The translations under genes were made by a program, and so were the position numbers. Of a stretch of DNA of 48,048 bases, positions 38,599 through 47,300 are shown one piece after another. Each line of letters begins with the position of its first letter. Position 1 is the first letter of the stretch. The stretch comes from an uncultured bacterium (GTDB lineage: Bacteria; UBA8481). Below the pieces are notes generated by a model, which did no database searches, was not told the origin of the DNA, and was given only the letters and a program-made list of their open reading frames with translations. The stretch is taken from NCBI GenBank assembly GCA_964499705.1, contig CAZCME010000002.1, positions 434,001-482,048 on the forward strand, written 5' to 3'.

Positions 38599-39006
38599 GT
38601 GAGCTTCGGAGTATCCCCGGGGAAGGAAGCGGAGCTCCAGGCCCTGTTCGCAAGGCTCGGCATCCGCGAGCAGGATCTCGAGGAGTCCTTTGTCCGGTCC
38701 GGCGGGAGCGGCGGTCAGAACGTCAACAAGGTCTCGACGTGCGTGGTCCTGAAGCACGTTCCCAGCGGGATCATGGTGAAAGTTCAGCAGGAACGCTCCC
38801 AGGCGATCAATCGCTTCCTCGCGCGAAGGCTCCTGGCGCGAAAGCTCGACGAGAAAACCCGGGGAGCATTGTCCGAAGAGCGGCAGAGGATCGAAAAGAT
38901 CAGGCGTCAGAAGCGGAAGAGATCGAAGCGGTCGAAAGAGAAGATGCTGAGGGACAAGAAGATCCAGGGAGAGAAGAAGAAATTACGGAGCCGTGTCGAA
39001 TCCTGA
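38599..39006 (+). CDS. Minimal GGQ peptide-release/ribosome-rescue factor (ArfB/mtRF-R-like)
   Basis: EESFVRSGGSGGQNVNKVSTCVVLKH..QQERSQAINR followed by a long Lys/Arg-rich tail; no codon-recognition domains. Confidence 0.88.
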   Translation: MSFGVSPGKEAELQALFARLGIREQDLEESFVRSGGSGGQNVNKVSTCVVLKHVPSGIMVKVQQERSQAINRFLARRLLARKLDEKTRGALSEERQRIEKIRRQKRKRSKRSKEKMLRDKKIQGEKKKLRSRVES

Positions 39007-39018
39007 AGGAGAGGCGGC

Positions 39019-39723
39019 TTACCGGAACCGATCGAGCAGAATGGCTCCGCCTGCGACCACGCCCAGCGAATCCACGGGAGATTTACGGATCGGGATGCCG
39101 ATCGAGCGCGCTTCCGGCCACGACGAAAGCGGCCCATGAGCCTCCCCGCCCAGCACAAGCGCCAATCTGCCGTTCCCTTCGTCGCGGTCCGTATCGCCGC
39201 CCGGAACCGCCAGAAGAATCCGGAAGCCTTCGCGCTGCAGGAGCTTGCGCAGTTCCTGCGCGGGCGCCACGGCGACGGGAATGAAGCCGATGGCGCCCGC
39301 GGAGGCGCGCACGACCTTTTCACCGAAGAACAACGCGCTTCCCGGCGTCGCGACGCAGGCGTCCCAGCCCAGCAGCCACGCGGTCCGGACCAGCGTGCCC
39401 ACGTTTCCCGGATCGGAGACGCCATCGAGGACGAGGATCCGGCGGGCATCCTTCGCCAGGAGCGCGATGTCGGGCGCGGGCGGTTTTTCGACGAGCGCGG
39501 CGATACCCTGGGGAGTTTTGGTGGAGACATACTTGCGGGCGTTTCGCTCATCCACGTGCCGGATCTCCACGCCGCGGCGGCGAGCCAGTTCTTCCAGCCG
39601 GGAGAGGCCTTTTGCATCGGAGTCTCGAAATCGGATGAGCGCCCGGATCGAAAGCGTCGATTCGAGAATCGATCCCACGGCCCGGATACCTTCCACTACA
39701 AAGCAATCTTCATCCTTCTTCAC
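39019..39723 (-). CDS. TrmH/SpoU-family RNA methyltransferase
   Basis: VVEG, TPQGI, LDGVSDPGNVGTLVRTA, VRASAGA, LGGEAHG, VDSLGV. Confidence 0.88.
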   Translation of the reverse strand: MKKDEDCFVVEGIRAVGSILESTLSIRALIRFRDSDAKGLSRLEELARRRGVEIRHVDERNARKYVSTKTPQGIAALVEKPPAPDIALLAKDARRILVLDGVSDPGNVGTLVRTAWLLGWDACVATPGSALFFGEKVVRASAGAIGFIPVAVAPAQELRKLLQREGFRILLAVPGGDTDRDEGNGRLALVLGGEAHGPLSSWPEARSIGIPIRKSPVDSLGVVAGGAILLDRFR

Positions 39724-39923
39724 TAAGCGTCAGGACGCTCCGCGCTCTTCTTCTCTTCCGCCAGCTTCTCCACGCAATCCTTCGAAAGAATCTTGTAAAG
39801 CCCGGTTCCGCACTCCGCGCATTTCCCCTTAGCGGCGTTGCGACCGTTTTTCATGCTGACAAGCTCCGGGTTGACGATCTCGCGCGCGGTCTTGCATCGG
39901 ACGCACCAGGCTTCGATCTTCAT
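39723..39923 (-). CDS. DUF5679-like small Zn-ribbon protein
   Basis: AWCVRCK...MKNGRNAAKGKCAECGTGLYKI. Confidence 0.8.
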   Translation of the reverse strand: MKIEAWCVRCKTAREIVNPELVSMKNGRNAAKGKCAECGTGLYKILSKDCVEKLAEEKKSAERPDA

Positions 39924-40123
39924 GGTGTGCTTTCCACGGGAAGCATGATCCTGATGAGCCGGTATTCGCCGCGATCCTCCCGAGCGGGAGGATCCTGCGA
40001 CACCGCGTATGCGAACGCGAGAGCGACAAGGAGGAGAATTCCGATGGATTCATGGAGGGTCAACGGAATCGCGATCTGAAACTCGGGGAAAAGCTCGGAC
40101 TCTTTTCCGTTCCCCGATGTCAT
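39920..40123 (-). CDS. Small hypothetical membrane protein
   Basis: 4-nt overlaps with both neighbours; one TM helix (IGILLLVALAFAYAV). Confidence 0.5.
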   Translation of the reverse strand: MTSGNGKESELFPEFQIAIPLTLHESIGILLLVALAFAYAVSQDPPAREDRGEYRLIRIMLPVESTP

Positions 40124-41433
40124 CGTCCCGGGATCGCTGCGGCGACGGCGCCGGCCAGCGTGGTTGTTCCGCCGATGAGATCGTCCTGCATGATGACGGC
40201 CTCCCGGAACGCTCCGACCATGCCCGTTGCGGTGTCGATGACCTTGACCCCGATCCAGATCTGTTCCGCGGACAGAACGGAATATCGGCCTTCCAGAACA
40301 TACGCCGCATCGCGGCGCTCCGTGACCGTGATCCCCTGCTGATGCGCGAGGCGCGATGCGAAGATCTCGCGGAAGCCTTCCGCCAGCCAGTCGTATTCCG
40401 TATTGGGCGAAAGGTTGATGAAGGGCATGAGCCCGAGCGAGACCTTGTTCCGGCCGGGACGGCCGGCACCGGCGAAGAATGATGACGTGTCGCGGATTGT
40501 CTCCCGAGGCTGGCCTCCGAGATAACTGTACGAAAAGCGATGATTGACTCCGGTGGGCCCCAGTGACTCGTAGGCGTAATCGAACGATCCGACCTTGGAC
40601 TGGAAGGCCATGCCGAGCTTCAAGGCGCGCATGAACGTGGCGTCGTATCCGACGTCAAATCCGCCGCGCAGGACGAAATTCTCGACGACCCGGTATTCGG
40701 CGCCGACGTTGGCGCGAGGCTGGGCCTCCCGGTCGACGGAAAAATCTCCGGTGAGCACGTATTTCCCATGCAGCGGCTGCCATGCCACGCCGACACGCGC
40801 CGAAAGGGGCTGCGGGGAGCTGGCGGAGATGTATTCCAGGCCGGAGCCGAAGTTCTGGATGGCCGCGCCGACCGTTATTCCGGGCCAGCCGAAGGGCGTG
40901 TACTTCACGCCGAGATCGATGCCGACGGCCGTCGCCTTGTAACCGGCGAGCTCGCTGGAAATCACCCGACCGGTTCCTCCGACGGCAATCTCCGGAGCCA
41001 GCTGGTAGGACGCGGACAAGCCGACGGCGAGGTCGGAATTGGAGAAACGGCCCACGACATCGCCGATGGCATTCCGCTGCACATCGTCGGAACCGAAGTA
41101 GGTGATATGCGCGGCGGCCACGGTGGCGGGATTCAATCGCTTCGCGACGGCGGCATAGCTGTAATTGACATCGAGGGCATAGACGATCTGGGAGAGTCCC
41201 ACATCCCACTTATCGACGTTGGATATACCGGCTGGATTGAAGGCGAGAGCCTCGATGCCTTCCGCGAGCCCGGTGTAGGCATTTCCCATGGCGGCGGGCC
41301 TGGCCATCGGCCGGATTCTCAGGAAGGTCGCTCCCGATGTGCCCGCTCCACCGGCGTGAACCGGCGAGCACGGAAGGCACGAGACAAGAACGAAGTACGC
41401 GGCGCAGGCGCGGACGGATATCCTAGCGAACAA
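40120..41433 (-). CDS. PorV/PorQ-family outer-membrane beta-barrel fused to a C-terminal TolB-N/FlgO-like alpha/beta domain
   Basis: Signal peptide; GATFLRIRPMARPAAMGNAY..ALAFNPAG; FDYAY..LG..HRFS; tail LGLMPFINLSPNTEYDWLAEGFREIF..VLEGRY. Confidence 0.75.
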   Translation of the reverse strand: MFARISVRACAAYFVLVSCLPCSPVHAGGAGTSGATFLRIRPMARPAAMGNAYTGLAEGIEALAFNPAGISNVDKWDVGLSQIVYALDVNYSYAAVAKRLNPATVAAAHITYFGSDDVQRNAIGDVVGRFSNSDLAVGLSASYQLAPEIAVGGTGRVISSELAGYKATAVGIDLGVKYTPFGWPGITVGAAIQNFGSGLEYISASSPQPLSARVGVAWQPLHGKYVLTGDFSVDREAQPRANVGAEYRVVENFVLRGGFDVGYDATFMRALKLGMAFQSKVGSFDYAYESLGPTGVNHRFSYSYLGGQPRETIRDTSSFFAGAGRPGRNKVSLGLMPFINLSPNTEYDWLAEGFREIFASRLAHQQGITVTERRDAAYVLEGRYSVLSAEQIWIGVKVIDTATGMVGAFREAVIMQDDLIGGTTTLAGAVAAAIPGR

Positions 41434-42847
41434 GGGTCAGCATCCCCCTTGCCGTTCCCGACGATTGCGTTTCGATCTCCACGTAATACATCCCGCTGCC
41501 CATGAGATCCCCGCGGGTATTCCGGCCGTTCCACGTCACGGTCTTCGCGGCGGATCCGGGGATCGTCGTGACGATCCGGCCATCCGGCGAGAAGATCTTG
41601 ACGGATGCGATCGTCGCCTTCGGACGCGATTCGATCGTGATGGAACCGCTCGTATGGGCGTTGAACGGATTCGGATACGAAAGCGCCACGAGAGCACCCG
41701 CAGACGGCTCGGTGGCGGCCGTGCTGGTCGTCGAAGCGGACGACGCGGATCCGAAGCTCGACGATTCCTTCCAGTCGGAAGCGGTGACGCCTCCGATGGT
41801 CGTGTTCGCGATTCTCGCCAGTTCCGCCATGTACGCCTTCGCGATCGCCGCGTCCTGGATATAAACGGAATTCTCGTCGTTATCCGCGTTGCCGGCGACC
41901 GTGAAATTCATGGAGCCCGTGAAGACTTTCGCTCCGTCGATCACCATGTATTTGTGATGCATGACATCCGAATTATCGTCCTTTCGGACGTCATAGCCCG
42001 CCGTGGAGAGATCGCTGAAGAAGGAGGCCGCGGACGCGGAATTTTCTGTAAAGCTCTTGTCGAACCATCCGAAGTTATTGGCGCCGATCGCCGATTTTTT
42101 GGCGATCATGGCGGACAGGAGCGAGCCGTTGCCGGAGGCGAATATGGCGAAGTAGAGCGACTGAGACAGAGAATTGACGGCGTCGACCATCCTGTTGACG
42201 GGTTGATCGCGCGGAGCAAACCGTATTTCGACGGGGATGCCGCTCACGGTGAAAACCGTCGTCGTCGACGGCGTCGTCTTGTTCGTGTGAAAGAGCGCGT
42301 TCGTGAACATGTAGTCGAACTCGGCGCCGTAGGTCGCGGCGACTTCCTTGCTCCGGAGGATCACCGCGTTGTTGTTCATCGTCGTCATATTGGGGCGGTT
42401 GAAATTGGCCGATCCCGTCCAGACCGCCGCGTCCGATTCTCCCCTGTCGATGATCACGAACTTGTGATGCATCTCCAGGTCGGGCCTGTCGTCGAACTTG
42501 GTGACGACGGACGAGGAGAGCGAAACGCTTCCGTCCGTCGTCTTCACGGCTCCGTTGTTGTCATCCACGACCACCTTGATGGTCACAACGCCGGCCGTCT
42601 GGATCGTATTGAGCGCCTCGATGATCTCCCGGTCGCTGAACGAGAAGACGGCGATCTCGATCGATTTCTTCGCGGACTTCATGAAGTCGATGAGCGCCGT
42701 CTTGAACGAGGAGTTCGCTCCGCCGGTATGGGAGGCTCCGGGAGTGAACAGGACGGATATCTGAGCGGACGCCGGCAGGTGGGAGAGCAGGATGGTCAGC
42801 ATGACGGCCGCCGCCCCCGCTCGATATGTCCTGAATTCATCTCTCAT
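41423..42847 (-). CDS. Secreted phospholipase D-family nuclease/phospholipase with a C-terminal T9SS/FlgD-Ig-like sorting domain
   Basis: Signal peptide; two HKD motifs (MHHKFVIID..WTGSANF..NNN and MHHKYMVID..TGSMNF..NDEN); Ser/Thr linker; YPNPFN...IFSPDGRIV..WNGRN..G.Y. Confidence 0.85.
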   Translation of the reverse strand: MRDEFRTYRAGAAAVMLTILLSHLPASAQISVLFTPGASHTGGANSSFKTALIDFMKSAKKSIEIAVFSFSDREIIEALNTIQTAGVVTIKVVVDDNNGAVKTTDGSVSLSSSVVTKFDDRPDLEMHHKFVIIDRGESDAAVWTGSANFNRPNMTTMNNNAVILRSKEVAATYGAEFDYMFTNALFHTNKTTPSTTTVFTVSGIPVEIRFAPRDQPVNRMVDAVNSLSQSLYFAIFASGNGSLLSAMIAKKSAIGANNFGWFDKSFTENSASAASFFSDLSTAGYDVRKDDNSDVMHHKYMVIDGAKVFTGSMNFTVAGNADNDENSVYIQDAAIAKAYMAELARIANTTIGGVTASDWKESSSFGSASSASTTSTAATEPSAGALVALSYPNPFNAHTSGSITIESRPKATIASVKIFSPDGRIVTTIPGSAAKTVTWNGRNTRGDLMGSGMYYVEIETQSSGTARGMLTLVR

Positions 42848-42864
42848 CTCTCATCACGTCTCAC
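42837..42864 (-). repeat. 7-bp-period tract (minus strand GTGAGAC GTGATGA GAGATGA GAGATGA) at the PorV/PLD junction
   Basis: TCATCTC TCATCTC TCATCAC GTCTCAC on the + strand. Confidence 0.45.
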
Positions 42865-44309
42865 TGCATCCATGCTCCGGCACGCGCCGTGATTCCCTGG
42901 CCGATCGATTTTCCGATGGCGAAGATATCGGTCTCCGCCGCTTCCGCCTCGACGTAATCGAGCGTGCGGCCGGTGCGGCCCTCGATGATGCGCGCCGTCA
43001 GGACCATGCCCGACGGACTGCGGACGAAGAGTCCGCGGACCACGAGCCTCGCCTGCATCTGCTGCGCCAGCGTCATGATTTCGGGACCGGCGAGGCTGGA
43101 GGTACCCGCGAGCTGCGTGCGGGGAACGACCGCAAAACCCGCGCTTGCGAGTTCCTTCGCCACGATGTCGGCGAGGCCGATTTCCAGCCATGCCAGAGCG
43201 GGATCGCCGGTCGCATTGGCGAAATCGAGGACGGCGACCGTCCGCGATGCCGTCTGCTGCATTGCTCTGCTCGCGGCGGCTTCCGGCGCCGGAGCCGTCT
43301 CCTCGGGCTTGGAGCCCATCTGATCCCAGGGCGAAAAGTCGTATGTCAGCGAAAAGTGATGCGTCGCGCCCAGGCCGGCATTTTCGAACGCGTAGGCGTA
43401 GTCGAGCCGGACGTCGCCGTATCCGCCGGTGAGGCCGAACGCGGGCAGGACCCGCTTGGAACCGGTCAATTGCTTCTCCATGCCGGCGCGCACGGCGAGG
43501 GAGACGGGATAACGGATCAGGTCCGGTTTTCCGAAGATGGAATCCTGCTTCCTGTCGGCGGAAAGCATGTAGGCCGGACGCATGATCCAGTATTCCGTGC
43601 CTCCGCGGAAGCGGGAGAAGGCGTCACCCGAGAGTCCGGACCATTCCGTGGACGCGGTCCAACGATCCGAGATGCGGTACGCCGCTCCGATCCGCCACGA
43701 CACCGGAATGTCCTCCGAAGTTCCCGTGCCGTAGTTAACGCTGGAATAGAGATTGCGGATATAGCCGCCGATGGACCAGCGGGGTGTGACCTGGTAGCGC
43801 GAGCCGATATCGAAACCGAAACCGGTTCCGGTTCCCTCGCTGAAGTCGGACGTGAGATCCATGTATTTGAGGGAGAGGCCGACGGCCCAGGGGCCGATGG
43901 CCTTGGCGTAGGAATATTGCAGCGTGCTCTCGTTCAACGTCTGGGGGAAAGGATTGAATTCCACCTGGAGCCCCTGGTAGGAGACGCCGTGGACGCCCCA
44001 CGGCGTCGGAAATACTCCGCCGAAGTAAGACTGCTTCAGAAGACCGAGACCGAAGAGATTGGAATAATCGAAAGTAACGCTGATGCGATCCATGAGCGCG
44101 AGACCCGCGGGATTGGCGGTCATCGCATAGGCATCGTCGGCGACGGCTACAAAGGCGCCGCCCATGCCGATGTTTCGGGCTCCGAGCGGCGATTCAGAAA
44201 AATTGCCGGAGACATTTTCAGCGCGGGATCCGGAAACGAAACACGCGGCCGTTACGAGTACGGCCGACGCGAGATACACAAACCGTCGCGGGCTGGAAAA
44301 TGGGATCAT
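42861..44309 (-). CDS. Second PorV/PorQ-family beta-barrel fused to a C-terminal TolB-N/FlgO/CsgG-like domain
   Basis: Signal peptide; LGARNIGMGGAFVAVADDA..ANPAGL; GFGFDIG; LDYAY..GLGATHHFSLTY; tail VAVLDFANATGDPALAWLEIGLADIVAKEL..VVRG. Confidence 0.75.
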   Translation of the reverse strand: MIPFSSPRRFVYLASAVLVTAACFVSGSRAENVSGNFSESPLGARNIGMGGAFVAVADDAYAMTANPAGLALMDRISVTFDYSNLFGLGLLKQSYFGGVFPTPWGVHGVSYQGLQVEFNPFPQTLNESTLQYSYAKAIGPWAVGLSLKYMDLTSDFSEGTGTGFGFDIGSRYQVTPRWSIGGYIRNLYSSVNYGTGTSEDIPVSWRIGAAYRISDRWTASTEWSGLSGDAFSRFRGGTEYWIMRPAYMLSADRKQDSIFGKPDLIRYPVSLAVRAGMEKQLTGSKRVLPAFGLTGGYGDVRLDYAYAFENAGLGATHHFSLTYDFSPWDQMGSKPEETAPAPEAAASRAMQQTASRTVAVLDFANATGDPALAWLEIGLADIVAKELASAGFAVVPRTQLAGTSSLAGPEIMTLAQQMQARLVVRGLFVRSPSGMVLTARIIEGRTGRTLDYVEAEAAETDIFAIGKSIGQGITARAGAWMQ

Positions 44310-44335
44310 GCGGTCACTTTAAAGCGGAGTCCGGC

Positions 44336-47300
44336 TTACTTCAAAAGAAATATGGTGCGAGACTCTTCGACGGTCCTGCCATCGCTGAGGGGCACCTTGA
44401 ATTTTATGATGTAGACGCCGTTACGGAGTGTCTGGCCCGCGTCGTTTGCCGCGTTCCAGTCGATCGTGGATACCCCTGCAGGGAGAGTTATGAGCCTCAA
44501 TCGGTCGCCCGCGATGTTATAGAACTCCATGGTGCCACCCGTCACGGTGGTCGGGAAACTGAAGGTGAAATTAGGATTGGCGGGGGTGTAGCGGAAGAGC
44601 GGGCTGTTGCCCTCGAAGCCGATGTTGCCGGTGATGGCGGAGGCGCTGTTGACGGTGAACGTGAGGGAGCTGTCGCGGTTGCCGACCTTGTCTATGAGCG
44701 TGACGCGGACGGTGTTGGCTCCGGAGAAGATCGGAATTGTCCGTGAGACATCGACGCTCGAAGAAGTCAACGCGCTGAAGGTGGTGTCGTATGTGTCGCC
44801 CAGCGTGGAACTGGAGATGGTGAAGGCCAGGGCGAAAGAATCGCGCTCGGACTTGGACGTGGCGCGCTGGACGGAATTCTCGACAATCTCGGAAACGCGG
44901 ATGGTGACGGACAGCGTCGTTCCGCTCGTCGTGGACGCGGGCGTCGTGGCGAGCGTGGGTGTGAGCGCCTTGATGTCGGCGACGAGGAGAGTCGCTTCGG
45001 ACGACGAGCTATTGGTGACAGTATCGGTAATCGTGATCTTGTACTCGTCCGTGGTCCAGCCGGTCGTATCGGAGGAGGCGAAGACGAAAGTCGTGTCCTT
45101 GCCGTATCGAAGCACGTTATAGAAGGTATCGTTGTTGGTCACGCGGTTCAGGACGAGGCGGAAGCCGCGCGTATCGGCGAAGGAGATGGAGTAGCCGGCG
45201 GTATCGAAGAAGCCGTCCCCGTTGGGGCTGAAGGGATTGGGGCTGATGGATGTGGTGAGCCCGCCCGCGGGAATGGTGATCTTCGTGGAACCCGCGACGC
45301 CCGGACCTCCGGGCGAATCACCGGTTGTGACGACATTGCCGGCGGGAATGGAGACCGTGAACTTGTTGGATTGGGAGAGCGAGATGACGCTGGGTCGGAT
45401 CGTGACCCAGAAGTCCGCTCCGGAATCATTGCCGGCATCGCTGTTGGGAATGTCGGAATTAGCTCCGGAGAGTGTGAGTTTGACCTTGGTGGAGGACAGG
45501 AACGACGTCACGGAAGTGACCTCCGAGTCGGTCGAAAGATCGAAGGATCCGATATTGCTCGGGCCCGAATCCCGGTAAACCGCATAGGCGAGGATGGCCG
45601 GATTCAACGTATCTCCCGCCGCCACGGTGAAATCGAGCGTAATGGAAGTGAGCGCCGCAAGTCCGTCCGAACTGCGCGTGGAATCGCTGACGTTGACGCC
45701 CAGGATCTCCGTCATGTTGGCGCCGATGAGGATGGAGTCGTGAGCGGCTGTCCGATCCACGAAGGTTCTGGGAATGCGCGTCAGGATCGGCGACGTGCGG
45801 ACATTTGTCGTCAGGTTGCTGCGCGTCGACGAAGCGGAAGCGAATTCGAAGGCGGTATTGGCGTCCATGACCACCACGAAGCTGTCTCGGTAAAATCTGC
45901 CCCCTCCTCCGTACACAACGAGGAAATAATCGAACCCTTGCGTCGTGGCACTCGTATCATCCGCCGGCACCGGCAACGGGGACTGGGGCACGATCCGGAT
46001 CGTATCGCCGCTGACGAAGGAGTTGTTCCTCTGCGGCGGATTTATGGGCACCAGAGCGTCGGTCGTATCCCAGGAACCCTTCGTTCCGCCCGTCGTATTA
46101 TCGCGATAAAGGAGGAGACCGGCTGTATCGGGATAAGTGCCCGTCACGGGCACATCCGTGATGTTCTGGCCGTAGGCAAAACCGCCCGAGTCGAAAATTT
46201 TCACCGTGAGAGCCGTCACAAATTCATTAGGCAGATCCTGAGTAAGATTGAATCCGAATACGGCCGTCGATTCTCCCTTGCCTAGCCAGAGCTTGGAAGC
46301 GTCCGTCAGGAGATCCTGAACGATGGCCTGGTTTGTGCCCACGGATAGCTGGATAGTGCCAAGAGTTCTGGTATCCGACCAGTTGCCGTACGTATCTCTC
46401 AGATTGGCGATGAGCGTGTTGTTTCCGCCCTGGAGATTCACGGAGACGTTGGATGCGACGAAGTTGGATAGCGTCCCCGTTGCGAGGAGCGTCGCGACAT
46501 TGCCGTCCTGGCGATAGATGAAATACGTCGCGACGGATTCGCCTGCCGTCAGCGCGAACTTGTCGAGAGAGGAACGATCCGTATCCGCAGAAATGGAAAC
46601 CGCAACCGTGTTGCCGGTTGTGATGACGGTCGGCAAAGTGGAGACGAGAATGGGAGCGGTGCAGAAAAGGTCCACGACGAGCGTATCGCTGAAGTCGAAA
46701 GTCTTTGATGTTCCCGACCGATCGTAGCTGAAGCTGAGAGCAAATGCGCCGCCGCCGACGAATGCGGATGGCCAGGCAAAGGTGACAGGGTTGCCCGCTG
46801 CCGCAGCCTTGGCGATGATGATGGTGGAATCGAACGCGCCGTTGCCGAGAGTAGAGCTCTGTCCCGAAGTCTTCTTCGTCGCCGTCAGCGTCCATCTCGA
46901 ATCCGTATTACCCGCGATGATCGACAATGTAACCGCGACGGTGTCAGTGATCCCATCCGCGTTGGGCGAGAACGTATTCGGAGTGAAGACTCCGGAGACG
47001 CCGGCGGGAGCGATCGTCAATGCATTCGGAGTGATATTAAGTCCTGGATCTGTCGGCGCCGTGAACTTGACCCATGGTTCAGCGGGCGAAGAAACGGCTT
47101 GGATCGTGACCTGCACCTGATGATCGAGACCGAAGGACGAAGCGCGTAGAACAAGGAAAAATACTGCGGCCGTATCGCTGCGAAAGCCATAAGGATCCGT
47201 ATCGAATACCGGTCCGTTTGCATTAACCAGATCGATATCAAGAACATTGGCGCTCTGGTACGTATAGGAAGCGACCGGGATGGGCGTATCGAGCAGGACG

